Source of the DNA: Betaproteobacteria bacterium
GTDB lineage: Bacteria; Pseudomonadota; Gammaproteobacteria; Burkholderiales; JACQAP01
DNA length: 55,746 nt
Reading direction: 5' to 3'
Assembly: GCA_031406075.1 (NCBI GenBank)
Contig: JANOGP010000356.1
Span: forward strand, 1 to 55,746
Part shown: positions 9,678 to 20,726 of the stretch, piece after piece
Position numbering within the stretch: the stretch's first letter is position 1
Layout of the letters: every line of letters begins with the position of its first letter
The notes under the pieces: model-generated
Databases searched by the model: none
The model's input: the letters and a program-made list of their open reading frames with translations, nothing else
Told to the model about the DNA's origin: nothing
Position numbers and translations under genes: made by a program

Positions 9678-9845
9678 TTTCACCGCAAAGGCGCAAAGGA
9701 CGCAAAGAAGAACAAAAACAGGCAAATGTGAAAATCGCACAGGCTGCGGATTTAGAATCATGGACGAATATCGTTCTTGTTTGCATGTTCCTTGTATTTC
9801 ACAATTTTCGTTTTCCTTTGCGTTCTTTGCGCCTTTGCGGTGAAA
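9678..9845. repeat. Family B fold-back element (CGCAAAG arms)
   Basis: TTTCACCGCAAAGGCGCAAAGGACGCAAAG ... CTTTGCGTTCTTTGCGCCTTTGCGGTGAAA. Confidence 0.9.
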
Positions 9846-9862
9846 GTAGTGAGGAGGTTCAT

Positions 9863-11035
9863 ATGAATGAGGCAGTCATTATCGAAGCGGTGCGCACGCC
9901 GTTCGGCAGGCGTGGCGGCGCGCTGCGAGAGCTGCGGCCCGATTCCTTGCTGGCGCATGCGCTCGACGGACTCATCAAGCGGTCGCAGATCGACCCGCAG
10001 AAGATCGAAGACGTGATCGACGGCACGGTGACGCTCGCCGGCGAACAGGGCGCCAACCCCGCCCGACTGGCGGTGCTGCTTTCCGGGTTACCGGTGAAAG
10101 TTCCGGGCGTGTCCTTGAACCGCATGTGCGGCTCAAGCCAGCAGGCGGTTCATTTCGCTGCGCAGGCCGTGGCGGCCGGCGACATGGATTACGTAATTGG
10201 TTGCGGCGTGGAGAGCATGACGCGCGCACCGATGTTTCTGGACATCGGCCTGGGCCGGACTGTCAGCGGCTTCGAAGCGCTGAATCCGGAACTGTTCCAA
10301 CGCCACGAGTTGATCCATCAGGGTGAAAGCGCCGAACGCATCTCGGAAAAGTGGGGCTTGTCGCGGCAGATGCTCGACGACTTTGCCAGGGAAAGCCACC
10401 GCCGCGCCGCGCAGGCCCAGAAGGCCGGCTCCAACAAGGAGTTGTTGCCGGTGCAGGGCGTATCGCCGGAAGGCCAGGCGATGCGGCTGGAGCGCGATGA
10501 AGGCGTGAGGGCGCAGATCGACGAGGCCAAGATGGCTTCGTTGAAGCCGGCGTTCCGCCCTGACGGAAACGGCGTGATCACCGCGGCAAATTCCAGCCAG
10601 ATCTCCGATGGCGCCGCCGCCGTACTGGTTGCGAACAGGGACGTTGCGGCGGCCGACGGTTTCAAGGCGAAAGCGCGTTTCCGTGCTCGTGTCGCGGTCG
10701 GCTCCGATCCGATGATGCAACTCACCGGCGTTATTCCGGCGACCGAACTGGCGTTGAAGAAGGCGGGAGTCGCCATCAAGGATATCGACTGGATCGAAAT
10801 CAATGAGGCCTTCGCGGCAGTGGTGCTGTCCTGGGCAAGAGAAATGCATCCCGACATGGACAAGGTCAATCCCTGGGGTGGGGCCATCGCCCACGGACAT
10901 CCGCTTGGCGCCACCGGTGCGGGGCTGATGTCGAAATTGCTGGCCGGCCTGGAAGCCACCGGCGGCACACTTGGGCTTCAGGTCATGTGCATCGGCCACG
11001 GCCAGGCCACCGCCACCATCATCGAACGTTTCTGA
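9863..11035 (+). CDS. Thiolase (acetyl-CoA acyltransferase)
   Basis: [44 protein letters not shown] before ATG 9863. Confidence 0.95.
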   Translation: MNEAVIIEAVRTPFGRRGGALRELRPDSLLAHALDGLIKRSQIDPQKIEDVIDGTVTLAGEQGANPARLAVLLSGLPVKVPGVSLNRMCGSSQQAVHFAAQAVAAGDMDYVIGCGVESMTRAPMFLDIGLGRTVSGFEALNPELFQRHELIHQGESAERISEKWGLSRQMLDDFARESHRRAAQAQKAGSNKELLPVQGVSPEGQAMRLERDEGVRAQIDEAKMASLKPAFRPDGNGVITAANSSQISDGAAAVLVANRDVAAADGFKAKARFRARVAVGSDPMMQLTGVIPATELALKKAGVAIKDIDWIEINEAFAAVVLSWAREMHPDMDKVNPWGGAIAHGHPLGATGAGLMSKLLAGLEATGGTLGLQVMCIGHGQATATIIERF

Positions 11036-11047
11036 ACCCCGCGAGAA

Positions 11048-11815
11048 ATGGCGAAGGCGATTCGCATCGCGATTCTGCTGTTTGCGCTGGCGACCGTCGC
11101 GGTCGGCGCGTGGCAGACGCGATCCCGTATCCAGTCCTGGCAGCGCACTTTTGACGTTGTCGTGTATCCCGTCAACGGTGACCGGCGCGATGCCACCGAG
11201 GAGTACATCCGGTCACTCACCAATGAGTCGTTCGCTTCCATCCGGGGCTTCATGCGCCGCGAAGCAGAGCGATACAAATTTGACCTCGTCACTCCGGTCG
11301 ACGTCTTCCTGGGTCCGCAGGTTTCGACGCTGCCGCCGGCTCCACCCAGGGGCGGCTCCACCGCGGGCATCATGGTATGGAGCCTGAAGCTGCGCTACTG
11401 GGCGTGGCGCAACGACGACTATCCGGGCTCAAGGCCGGACATCCGAATTTTCGCGGTGTTCTATGATCCGGCGACCACCCCGCAGGTGGAACACTCGATC
11501 GGCTTGAAGGAGGGGCTGATCGGGGTTGCCAACGTATTTGCGGTCAATCATATGACGGAAGAAAACAACGTAATCGTCGCGCACGAGCTTTTGCACACAC
11601 TGGGCGCTACGGACAAATACGATCCGTCAACCACCCAGCCGCTGTTCCCCGCGGGTTTTGCAGACCCTGAACAGTTGCCGCTCTATCCCCAGGAATTCGC
11701 CGAGATCATGGCCGGTCGCGTCCCGCTATCCGAAACCGAATCCGACACGCCGCGGAACCTCGATCTGGCGATCATGGGTCCGAAGACGGCCGCCGAGATC
11801 AGCTGGCGGCACTAG
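11048..11815 (+). CDS. Membrane-anchored putative zinc metallopeptidase
   Basis: N-terminal hydrophobic anchor; AHELLHTLGATDKY (HExxH). Confidence 0.7.
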   Translation: MAKAIRIAILLFALATVAVGAWQTRSRIQSWQRTFDVVVYPVNGDRRDATEEYIRSLTNESFASIRGFMRREAERYKFDLVTPVDVFLGPQVSTLPPAPPRGGSTAGIMVWSLKLRYWAWRNDDYPGSRPDIRIFAVFYDPATTPQVEHSIGLKEGLIGVANVFAVNHMTEENNVIVAHELLHTLGATDKYDPSTTQPLFPAGFADPEQLPLYPQEFAEIMAGRVPLSETESDTPRNLDLAIMGPKTAAEISWRH

Positions 11816-12131
11816 CGTCCTGTTCCGCTGATTCCCGGCTGAAAACCCGGCGAGAATCGGCGCCATGCGGTGTTACGAGTCCTCGCCGTGCGTGTCGGAG
11901 CGCGGAAGAGGGGCCCCTCTGGGGATCTGACCGTGGAGACACGCGTAAGGCCGGTGGTCGACACGCTATTGGCCGGTTGCACGGTCGCATTCCCGCAAGC
12001 GGGGCGGCTGTCGAGGCGGAGCAGGACACCAGGAAATCTCTCCACGTCCTTCCCGGCGCGCTCGCGCGTGCCACGAACTGTTTCACCTTGTTGATCGGAG
12101 CCGGCTGCTGGGTGGCCTCTATCGTTATTGT

Positions 12132-12980
12132 TTAGCGGGTGATGGGTTCCGGAGCGAGTTTCAGGTCGGCGGGCGCAGGGTTCGCCGCCGCCGTTTGCGG
12201 TTGGTCGCTGCTCGCGGTGGGCGCCTGTTTTCGTTCAGGGCTGCGATAGGCAATGCCGTGCTCGATCGAGGGCTTGACGACCTCGAAGTAGGGGGAGATG
12301 TCGAAGTCGCGTGGCGAATACAAGCTGAAATGACGAATCGTCAGGATCTCCCGGTTATGGTCATCGGCGCCGGGATTGTCGCGTCGCCGGATCATGTCGG
12401 GCAGGATCGGATAGCCCACCGACTGAAATGCCTGCGCGATCAGGGTCGAGCAGATTGCCTTGGTCGGGTCGCCGCTGCCGAGCGCCATCATCCGCCGGCG
12501 CCAGCGCCTGGGCAGCGGGGGCGTGGGCAAAAGATAGCGCGCGAGATCGATCAGATTCTTCAGATCGTATGTTTGCCCGAGGCGCGACACCACGTACTCT
12601 ATAACGCGTATCGCATCCTCGGCGGTGAGCGCCTCCGGGCGGCAGATCCGTGTATGGAACGCCGAGTACGTACTCAGCGGCACCGCCGTGACGCCTTTGA
12701 CCATGTCTACCTCGACCAGAAACGATTCGTCCTCGCCGTTATTGGCTGGGTTCGGGATCGCACCGACATAAAGCGCGGCATGCGACCATGTGGACTGGGT
12801 CAGATACTTGATCGCATTGCTGATGCGGGTGTTGCCTTCGACGAGCAACACGTCCGCAGGGCGCAGTGTGGACGCGAGCTGGCTTGGTGATGAAGTGGTT
12901 AACGGCCGGTAGTTGGCGACCGGCGCGCTCAGGTAGCGTGCGAGCGCCTTCCCGATCGAGCTTGAAATGTGGCGCAACAT
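12132..12980 (-). CDS. Permuted NlpC/P60 (YiiX/YebB-like) protein
   Basis: LRPADVLLV, TQSTWSHAALY, YD, ICSTLIAQAF (His before Cys). Confidence 0.85.
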   Translation of the reverse strand: MLRHISSSIGKALARYLSAPVANYRPLTTSSPSQLASTLRPADVLLVEGNTRISNAIKYLTQSTWSHAALYVGAIPNPANNGEDESFLVEVDMVKGVTAVPLSTYSAFHTRICRPEALTAEDAIRVIEYVVSRLGQTYDLKNLIDLARYLLPTPPLPRRWRRRMMALGSGDPTKAICSTLIAQAFQSVGYPILPDMIRRRDNPGADDHNREILTIRHFSLYSPRDFDISPYFEVVKPSIEHGIAYRSPERKQAPTASSDQPQTAAANPAPADLKLAPEPITR

Positions 12981-13106
12981 GTCTTGGTTCGCGACGTGGT
13001 CGAAGTTCCTGATACGGCTCAAGCACACCCTATGCCATGTTACAGGTTCGGGCAATCTACTTGCTGCTGTTGATCGCATTCCCTAGGTCACTTGCGCGAA
13101 GTTTCC

Positions 13107-13805
13107 CTAGCGGGGTATCAGGATCGAGCCGTTGACGGAGACTGTGACGCGGCTGGTGCCGCCCTGAAGTTCCGGTGCCGTAACGGCCTCGGTTGCGGCC
13201 ATCGACTTCATCATTATCGGCTGCGGCGGGAGGAAGCTGCCATCGGCGGACACCGATGCTTCCAGAACGTTGAATCCGGTTCCCTTGAAACTCTTGGTCA
13301 CCAGTTCTGCCTTGCGCAGAAACTCGGAGATCGCTGCCTGGGTGAGTGTTTCTTCGGCCCTGGTGCGTGCCGCAGGTGAAGCGGAAAAATCCACGGCGCC
13401 GAGCCGCATGATCGCCTGCAGTTTGCCTATCGCTTCGGCCATGCGCCTGAAGTCTTCGCCCTCGACCGAAATTTCCGAGCGCGAACGCCAGCGCGCGATT
13501 TTTTCCTTGTCAATCACCGGATAGGTGGTGTAACCGGAGGTCTTTGCCCGCACTCCGGTGAATCCCCTGGCCAGCTTCAGCGCGTCGTTGGTCGCGCGGT
13601 TTACCTTGTCGGCCAGACGGGTGGCGTCGGCATCTTCCATTTCGACGAACAGGCGGGCGCGCATCACATCGTTGTCCACTTCCGCCGAGGCGTGGGCATC
13701 GAGGTTAACCCTGGTGCCTCTGGCGTCGGTTACCGCGGGCGCGGTTTGGGCCTGAGCCAGGCCGGTAGCCAGAAGAAAAATCATGAGGGCAATGAGTTTG
13801 CGCAC
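13107..13805 (-). CDS. SIMPL (DUF541) periplasmic protein
   Basis: Signal peptide, EVDNDVMRA, C-terminal GTSRVTVSVNGSI. Confidence 0.8.
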   Translation of the reverse strand: MRKLIALMIFLLATGLAQAQTAPAVTDARGTRVNLDAHASAEVDNDVMRARLFVEMEDADATRLADKVNRATNDALKLARGFTGVRAKTSGYTTYPVIDKEKIARWRSRSEISVEGEDFRRMAEAIGKLQAIMRLGAVDFSASPAARTRAEETLTQAAISEFLRKAELVTKSFKGTGFNVLEASVSADGSFLPPQPIMMKSMAATEAVTAPELQGGTSRVTVSVNGSILIPR

Positions 13806-13874
13806 GTCGCTGCTCCATTCGTTGTGGCGGTTAATCACGAAAACTATCATACAATCGGTAGAACGCATGGATGA

Positions 13875-13976
13875 GGTGAATGGTGAGGGGTGAGCGGTGA
13901 GGAGTGAGGAATAGACCAAGCCTCGCTCCTTTTGTCGTCCTTCGTGTACCCCTCGAGGGCGTATTGAAAAGTATCC
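13875..13976. repeat. Heptamer tandem array (RGTGARN x5) plus degenerate family A arm with 27-bp cassette
   Basis: GGTGAAT GGTGAGG GGTGAGC GGTGAGG AGTGAGG at 13875-13909; TACCCCTCGAGGGCGTATTGAAAAGTA at 13947-13973 (22/27 to the cassette). Confidence 0.75.
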
Positions 13977-14006
13977 AAAGTTTTAAGAGAGAGACGCCCC
14001 TAAGTC

Positions 14007-15707
14007 ATGGCTGACAACGACAAGCGCGGCATGCGCCGCAATCTCACCAATTACGGCGATCCGGAGTTTGCGGCCTACCTTCGCCGCTCCTTTGCGCGCT
14101 CGATGGGCTACTCCAAGGAGATGCTGGAGCGGCCGATCGTCGGCATCGCCCAGTCCGCGAGCGGATTCAATAATTGCCATCGCAACGTGCCGGAGCTCAC
14201 CGAGGCGGTCAAGCGCGGGGTGCTCGGCAGCGGTGGATTGCCGATCGACTTTCCGACCATTTCTTTGGGCGAGGTATTCCTCAGCCCCACCAGCCTGATG
14301 TTCCGCAATCTCATGGCGATGGACGTGGAGGAGATGGTGCGGGCGCAGCCGATGGATGCGGTGGTGCTGATCGGCGGCTGCGACAAGACCGTGCCGGCGC
14401 AACTGATGGGTGCGGCCTCCGCCGACGTGCCGGCGATCCAGCTCGTAACGGGGCCGATGATGGCAATGCCTTATCGGGGCGAGCGCCTGGGTGCCTGCAC
14501 CGATTGCCGCCGATTCTGGGCGAAATTTCGCGCTGGCGAAATCAGCGACGAGGATATAGACGAAATCGAGGGCAACCTCGCCACCACCGCCGGCACCTGC
14601 GCGGTGATGGGACCGGCGAGCACCATGGCCTGTGTCGCCGAGGGACTGGGCATGACCCTTCCGGACACGGCGGCAATCCCCGCCGTGCACGCGGACCGCA
14701 TTCGCGCGGCGGAAGCCACGGGCGTGCGCGCGGTGGAAATGATCAGGACAAAAGGTCCGCGTCCCTCGGAGATCATCACGGAAAAATCGGTCGAGAACGC
14801 ATTGCGCGTCCTGCTGGCAATCGGCGGCTCGACCAACGCGATCATTCATCTCACCGCGGTGGCCGGGCGTCGCGGCATTGGAATCTCGCTCCAGCGTCTG
14901 AATGAGCTTTCGGACGAAACACCTGTTCTGCTGGATCTCAAACCCACCGGCAACCACTACATGCAGGATTTCCATGCGGCGGGCGGGATGAGCGCACTGC
15001 TCGCGGAACTGAAGGATCTTCTGCATCTGGATTGCATGACGGTCACCGGGGAAACACTGCGCAGCCGCATCGCCCGGGGCGTACCCTTCGTGGACCGCAG
15101 CGTAATTCGTCCCCGGAGCGATCCGATTTCTCCGGTCGGCGGGCTGGTGGCGCTGTTCGGCAGCCTCGCTCCGCGCGGAGCGATCCTCAAACGCGCCGCG
15201 GCCGATCCCGGTCTCTTTAACAAGGAGGGCAGGGCAGTGGTGTTCGAGTCGCTCGAGGACCTTTCGGCGCGAATAGACCTGCCGGATCTGGATGTCACCA
15301 AGGATGACTTCCTGGTGCTCAAGAATGCCGGGCCGCGCAGCAATTCCGGGATGCCGGAGGCGGGCTATCTGCCGATTCCCAGGAAACTGGCAAAGACCGG
15401 ACTCAAGGACATGGTGCGGATCTCGGATGCGCGCATGAGCGGCACCGCGTTCGGCACGGTGGTGCTGCACGTCGCGCCCGATGCGGCTTCCGGCGGGCCG
15501 CTAGCGCTGGTGAAAAGCGGCGACCGCATCCGGCTATCGGTCAGGGATCGACGGCTCGACCTGCTGGTTGCCGAGGCCGAAATGTCGAAGCGCCGCAATG
15601 CGTTCAGGACGCCGCAACTTCCGGAGCGCGGTTACGCCCGGCTTTACAGCGAGCATATTCTTCAGGCAGACGGGGGCTGCGACTTCGATTTCCTGCGAGG
15701 CGCCTGA
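14007..15707 (+). CDS. IlvD/Edd-family dihydroxy-acid/sugar-acid dehydratase
   Basis: FNNCH, GGCDKT, GTCAVMG, GGSTNA, SDARMSGT. Confidence 0.93.
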   Translation: MADNDKRGMRRNLTNYGDPEFAAYLRRSFARSMGYSKEMLERPIVGIAQSASGFNNCHRNVPELTEAVKRGVLGSGGLPIDFPTISLGEVFLSPTSLMFRNLMAMDVEEMVRAQPMDAVVLIGGCDKTVPAQLMGAASADVPAIQLVTGPMMAMPYRGERLGACTDCRRFWAKFRAGEISDEDIDEIEGNLATTAGTCAVMGPASTMACVAEGLGMTLPDTAAIPAVHADRIRAAEATGVRAVEMIRTKGPRPSEIITEKSVENALRVLLAIGGSTNAIIHLTAVAGRRGIGISLQRLNELSDETPVLLDLKPTGNHYMQDFHAAGGMSALLAELKDLLHLDCMTVTGETLRSRIARGVPFVDRSVIRPRSDPISPVGGLVALFGSLAPRGAILKRAAADPGLFNKEGRAVVFESLEDLSARIDLPDLDVTKDDFLVLKNAGPRSNSGMPEAGYLPIPRKLAKTGLKDMVRISDARMSGTAFGTVVLHVAPDAASGGPLALVKSGDRIRLSVRDRRLDLLVAEAEMSKRRNAFRTPQLPERGYARLYSEHILQADGGCDFDFLRGA

Positions 15708-16092
15708 CAGAGTAGTCGGCGGCGCACACAGACGGGCGTTGCTGACGTACCGGAGAGTGCGGCAATGGTTCGCGACTATGGTGTTTGCGGCAAAGAATGC
15801 AAACAGGCCGCGGACTGCAGCTCGTTCGGGGCAAAACGGCTGCCGGCATGACGAATGAGGCGCTTCGCCTCGCCGTCAGGCCCGGAGTAGGGCGCAAGTG
15901 AAGCCGAGTTAGCTTCTTCATCCGCTGTTGCGTGCTTCCAGTTTTGAACTCCGTGTTCTTATGCGTGATTTACCGAATAGTGGGACGATTCTGACTGCAA
16001 TGGCCGTGAGAACCTCGAGACTAATCGGGAAACGCCGGATATTCATGTAGCCGCCCGTCCTACAAAATTCTCCGTTTCTTTCGGCTTCAACC

Positions 16093-16725
16093 TCAGAAAA
16101 CCAGACGGTTGGCGATTGCGTAGTGGGTGAGCTCTGCGTTATGCCGCATTCCCATCTTGTGCAGCAGGCGCGCGCGGTAAGTGCTGATGGTCTTCACGCT
16201 CAATGACAGGTGCGCCGCGATTTCGGTGGGTGTCCTGCCCGATGCGATCAGCCTCAGTACCTCGAACTCGCGGTCGGACAGGCTCTCGTGCGGCAGCGTC
16301 GGAGATCCGCCTGCTAACTCTTTGGCCATATGCTCTGCCAGTTCCGGGGTGATGAATCTGCCGCCTGCGGATACTTTGCCGACCGCAGCCAGCAGTTGTT
16401 CGGGTGCGCTCTCCTTGGTGAGATAGCCGGCGCCGCCGGCCTTGAGTACGCGCACCGCGTATTGGTCCACCGGGTACATGCTGAGCACGAGCACGGGAAG
16501 CGCCGGTCGTTCCTTCTTGATGCTCTTGAGAACGTCGAGTCCGCTCTTGTCCGGCAGCGAAATGTCCAGCAGCACCAGGTCCCATTCGTCTTTGCGCACC
16601 ATGGAAAGCGTCTGTGCCGCATTGGCGGCGTTGCCGACGTCTACCGGTTGCGGATGATCGGAGAGAATGCGCTTGAGCCCTTCGCGCGTGATGGCATGGT
16701 CATCGGCGATCAGCACTCGCAGCAT
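16093..16725 (-). CDS. NarL/LuxR-family response regulator
   Basis: REC domain (ADDH, LLDISLP) plus LuxR HTH (LSDREFEVL, LSVKTISTY). Confidence 0.95.
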   Translation of the reverse strand: MLRVLIADDHAITREGLKRILSDHPQPVDVGNAANAAQTLSMVRKDEWDLVLLDISLPDKSGLDVLKSIKKERPALPVLVLSMYPVDQYAVRVLKAGGAGYLTKESAPEQLLAAVGKVSAGGRFITPELAEHMAKELAGGSPTLPHESLSDREFEVLRLIASGRTPTEIAAHLSLSVKTISTYRARLLHKMGMRHNAELTHYAIANRLVF

Positions 16726-16726
16726 T

Positions 16727-18922
16727 TCAGACTGGCTCCCTCGCCAATTCCGTCCGGTTGCGTACCTTGTTTTTCAGCGGGAACCGGGCGTTGACGCTGG
16801 TGCCGGAGTCCTTTCCCGTGAGTATCTGAACTTCCCCCCGAAAAGCGCGGGCGCGTTCGCGCATTCCATGAATTCCGGATGATCCCGGATCCAGCAGCTT
16901 GGCAGAAGGCAGACCGACTCCGTTATCGTGAATGTCCACCACGACGTCATCCCCGGTCTTGTACACGCGTACCCGAATTTGCGTCGCCCGTGCGTGCCGC
17001 ACCACGTTGGTAAGCGCCTCCTGCACGATGCGAAACAGAGCAGTCTGCGCCTCTGCTTCGAGGTTGGCAGGGGGCGATTCGAAATGCAACTCGCAGCCGA
17101 TGCGATAGTGCTTCTGGAGCTCCTGGACCTGCCACTCGATGGCGGGCCAGAGGCCGAGGTGGTCGAGGATGCTGGGGCGCAGTCCGGTGGCAATGCGCCT
17201 GACGGTCTGAATTGCGGAATCGACCAGCACGCCGGTGTCGCTGAGCTTGTCGTTGGACAGGGGTTTTCCGTTGGCCAGCGTCTTTGCGTACCAGTGAAGG
17301 TCCATTTTCACCGCGGTCAGCGTTGCCCCCAGTTCGTCGTGTATCTCACGCGCGACCGCTGTGCGCTCCGATTCGCGCGCCGATTGCAGATGCGCGGAGA
17401 GTTTGCGCAGCTTTTCCTGCGAGGCGCGCAGCGCCTCTTCGGTGTGTTTGCGCTCGGATATTTCCTTGAGAAGCGCGTTGTTGACGGATACCAGATCCCG
17501 GGTTCTCAGTTCCACCGCGTCCTCGAGCCGCGCGCGCGATTCCTGCAGGAGCGTTTCCACTTGTTTTTGCTCATCGATATCGGTTCCCGCTCCGACCCAG
17601 AGCATGATCGCGCCGGCGGCATCGCGCACCGGTAGCGCTCGCACCAGATGCCACCGGTAGGCCGAATCCGATCCGCGCAGAACGCGCATGCTGATCTCGT
17701 AACCTTCCCCGCTCGCCAGGCTGTGCAACCAGCGTTCCCGGCACGCCGGCAGATCCTCCGGGTGCACGATCTTGTCCCAGCCCCAGCCCTCGATGTGCGT
17801 GAACGCGCACCCGAAATAGTCGAGCGTGGGACGATTGACGTAATCCACATAACCGTCGGCGCGCGCGGTCCAGACCATGCTGGGTACGGCTTCCGCCAGC
17901 AGGCGAAAGTGCTCCGCGGCGGCGGCGGCGTGCGCGTACACGGCGAGTTCCTGCACCAGCTTCGCCTGCCGCCGCTCGAGCGCTTTGCGCGCGGTGATGT
18001 CGCGTGCGACGACGTGCGCGGAAGGGCGTCCCTGATAATCGCAGGGTGAGGCGATGGACTCTACTTCAATTTCGGAACCGTCCCGGCGAACCAGCTTCAA
18101 TTCCATCGGCGGCAAATCGCAACGTTCGTCGTCGAGCTTGCGTATGCGTTCCCGCACCGCCGCCACGTGATCCGGATGGATGAACGGCTCGATCGGCTTT
18201 CCGATCAGTTCTTCGACGCTCGCTACGCCGTACATGCGCGCTGTGGCGGCATTGGCGGAAACGATGCCGCCCTCGGCGCGGATGTAGATGGCGTCGCGGG
18301 AAAGTTCGACCAGGTTGCGGTAACGTGCTTCGCTTGCCTGAAGCCGTTCCTCGCCCAGAATTTGCTCGTGGATATCGATTGCGGTGACAATCCACTTCAG
18401 AATGGCGCCCGCACGGTCGCGCACCGCCGCCGCGCGCCCCAGATGCCAGCGATATTCCCCGTCGGCCGCCCGCAGCAGGCGGTAACGGATGTCGAGGCAG
18501 GGCCCGCCGCTTACGGCCACTTCCCACCATCGCCGGGTGTTTTCCAGTTCGTCCGGATGCACGGCCTTCATCCATCCGTTGCCGCGGCTGTCTTCGCGCA
18601 ACAGACCAGAGTATTCGGTCCAGCAGCGGTTGCAGAAATCGACCGCCCCGTTCGGCCCCGCGGTCCACACCATCTGGGGCAGGAAGTCGGAGACGAATCC
18701 GTGCCAAAACCTGGCCTCGGTCGCCGCATTGTCGCCTCTATGTTCGCTGAATACGCCTCGGCGGCGCTGTGCGCCGGCCGGCCCGTTGCCGTGCCAGTTG
18801 TTTCCACGTCCCTGTTCGGGGATGCGTTCGGCCCCAGTGGATGCGCTGCCCGGTGCCGGGACGCGTTCCGGGGCGCTTTTTTGGGGAGGTTTTCGTCCGG
18901 GTGAAGTAAGTCGCGTCGCCAT
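16727..18922 (-). CDS. Multi-PAS HisKA_3 sensor histidine kinase
   Basis: Three PAS/PAC domains, ERTAVAREIHDELG, FRIVQEALTNVVRHA, DNGVG; RBS AGGAGG before ATG 18922. Confidence 0.93.
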   Translation of the reverse strand: MATRLTSPGRKPPQKSAPERVPAPGSASTGAERIPEQGRGNNWHGNGPAGAQRRRGVFSEHRGDNAATEARFWHGFVSDFLPQMVWTAGPNGAVDFCNRCWTEYSGLLREDSRGNGWMKAVHPDELENTRRWWEVAVSGGPCLDIRYRLLRAADGEYRWHLGRAAAVRDRAGAILKWIVTAIDIHEQILGEERLQASEARYRNLVELSRDAIYIRAEGGIVSANAATARMYGVASVEELIGKPIEPFIHPDHVAAVRERIRKLDDERCDLPPMELKLVRRDGSEIEVESIASPCDYQGRPSAHVVARDITARKALERRQAKLVQELAVYAHAAAAAEHFRLLAEAVPSMVWTARADGYVDYVNRPTLDYFGCAFTHIEGWGWDKIVHPEDLPACRERWLHSLASGEGYEISMRVLRGSDSAYRWHLVRALPVRDAAGAIMLWVGAGTDIDEQKQVETLLQESRARLEDAVELRTRDLVSVNNALLKEISERKHTEEALRASQEKLRKLSAHLQSARESERTAVAREIHDELGATLTAVKMDLHWYAKTLANGKPLSNDKLSDTGVLVDSAIQTVRRIATGLRPSILDHLGLWPAIEWQVQELQKHYRIGCELHFESPPANLEAEAQTALFRIVQEALTNVVRHARATQIRVRVYKTGDDVVVDIHDNGVGLPSAKLLDPGSSGIHGMRERARAFRGEVQILTGKDSGTSVNARFPLKNKVRNRTELAREPV

Positions 18923-19033
18923 CGTTGCGCCTCCTTGAAGAAACAAGAACGGGACGGCCTGACCTTACTGCACTGACCTGGGACAAAGGCGCCGACCCGC
19001 GGGGGGGGTGGCGTGAGGATACTACAAGGCGCG

Positions 19034-20548
19034 TCAGGCCTTCATGCTGGCGTCGTAGAACCGATAGGTATTCCGGCCCGACTGCTTGGCGTGATACATC
19101 GCCTTGTCGGCGATGCGGATCAGCGTGCTGGCATCCTCCGCGTGGTCGGGATAGATGCTGATCCCCAGGCTGGGTGTGATCACCAGCTTCTCTCCGGAAA
19201 CGATGTATTCGCCGTCCACCGCGCGCAGCAGCTTCTGTCCGATGACGCGCGCGTCCTCGATCTGGCGCAACTCCGGCAGCACCACCACGAACTCGTCACC
19301 GCCCAATCGCGAAACGGTGTCCACCTCGCGCAGGCTTGCGCGAATGCGCTCCGAAACCTGCTGCAGCAGCATGTCGCCGACGTGATGGCCAAGGTTGTCG
19401 TTGACTTCCTTGAAGTTGTCCAGGTCCATGAAGATGACGCCGGTCTTGGATTGATTGCGTTGTGAGATCGCCAGCGCCTGCTCCAGGCGGTCCATCAGCA
19501 GGATCCGGTTGGGCAGGCTGGTGAGCGAGTCGAAGTGCGCCATGCGCCGGATCTGCTCTTCCATGTTGCGCCGCGCGGTGATGTCGACGAATGCGGCCAC
19601 CGAGCCGTAAACTTTGCCGGAAGTGTCGCGCAGCGGCGCGGCATTGCCGATCAGGTGCTTGATGGAGCCGTCATCGAAGACCAGATCCTCCTCAAAGTCG
19701 CGTACTTCGATGCCGCGGAATGCCGCCATCTGCACCGGCAATTCGTTCTGTTCGAGTACGCGGCCGTTGCGGAATACGCGGAAGTGCGCCGGCTGCGTTT
19801 CCTCCGGCCCCGTGAACGAGATATTGCTGCCCTGGGGCAGGCGCAGCAGGTCGTAACAAGTACGGTTGCCGGTGATCAACTTGCATTCGGCATCATGGGC
19901 GATCAACACGGCCGCGGGTACCGCGTCGAGGACGATCTTGAGTTCGGCTGTGCGTTGCCGCTGCTTGCGCTCGCTTTCCATGAGCGCGCGCTCCATGCGC
20001 TTGCGTTCGGTGGCGTCGGTCGCGACCATGGACAAGCGCACAACCTTGTCGTTCTCGACGACCGGTGAAAGGCTGACCGCGACGTCGATGAATTTGCCGT
20101 CCTTGTGCTGCCAGACCGTTTCGCAATTCAGGGTCGCCTTGCCGTCGATGACCTGGCGCATCAACTTGGCGTCCTCGTTCTTGAGGAACTCGGGAATGAG
20201 GCAGGCGCGGCTTTTTCCCACGATTTCGTCGGCGCTGTACCCGAAGATGCGCTCGGCACCCCGGTTCCAGGTAAGCACTACCCCGTTCCAGGTCTCGCTC
20301 ATGATGGCGGCGTCGGCGGACTCCACCACGGCAGCCAGCAGCTGCGGATGGGAGGCGATCTGGGGTTGGGTGGCGCGCTTGGCCTGCTGACGGGAGAGTG
20401 CCGACTCGAGCATCGAGGGCTTGCTGTCCACGGCCTGCAATTGCTGGCGCACCCGCTTCTCCGTGAGGGATGCCTGCAGTGCCCGTACGATCTCCAGCAA
20501 CTCCGGACTGACGTCGGAGTAATCCCGTGAACGATCCTCTTTGGGCAC
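19034..20548 (-). CDS. PAS-PAS-GGDEF diguanylate cyclase
   Basis: HFDSLTSLPNR, DLDNFK, RLGGDEF; GTG start after GGAGG. Confidence 0.92.
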   Translation of the reverse strand: MPKEDRSRDYSDVSPELLEIVRALQASLTEKRVRQQLQAVDSKPSMLESALSRQQAKRATQPQIASHPQLLAAVVESADAAIMSETWNGVVLTWNRGAERIFGYSADEIVGKSRACLIPEFLKNEDAKLMRQVIDGKATLNCETVWQHKDGKFIDVAVSLSPVVENDKVVRLSMVATDATERKRMERALMESERKQRQRTAELKIVLDAVPAAVLIAHDAECKLITGNRTCYDLLRLPQGSNISFTGPEETQPAHFRVFRNGRVLEQNELPVQMAAFRGIEVRDFEEDLVFDDGSIKHLIGNAAPLRDTSGKVYGSVAAFVDITARRNMEEQIRRMAHFDSLTSLPNRILLMDRLEQALAISQRNQSKTGVIFMDLDNFKEVNDNLGHHVGDMLLQQVSERIRASLREVDTVSRLGGDEFVVVLPELRQIEDARVIGQKLLRAVDGEYIVSGEKLVITPSLGISIYPDHAEDASTLIRIADKAMYHAKQSGRNTYRFYDASMKA

Positions 20549-20726
20549 CCCGGCCTCCCCGAACTGCCAGTTGCTTATGCTTATAGACACGAACAATGGT
20601 GAAGCTTATAGGTCTTATGACCCCCATTGAGCCACGATTCTGGCATTGCCGCAACCGCCCGCGCCAGATGCGGCTTTCCGGGACGGTCAGGCCTTCCGGC
20701 GCGGGAAATTCCGCATTGCAGAACGG

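Noticed and set aside
11816-12131. 316-bp GC-rich gap between convergent genes
   Set aside because: I could not identify a supported ORF, RNA family or repeat arm.
13983-15470. Long antisense or alternate-frame ORFs overlapping real genes (also 3142-4257, 26711-27958, 31716-33002, 36230-37456)
   Set aside because: Expected in high-GC coding DNA; Arg/Ala/Pro-rich and fully overlapping well-supported genes.
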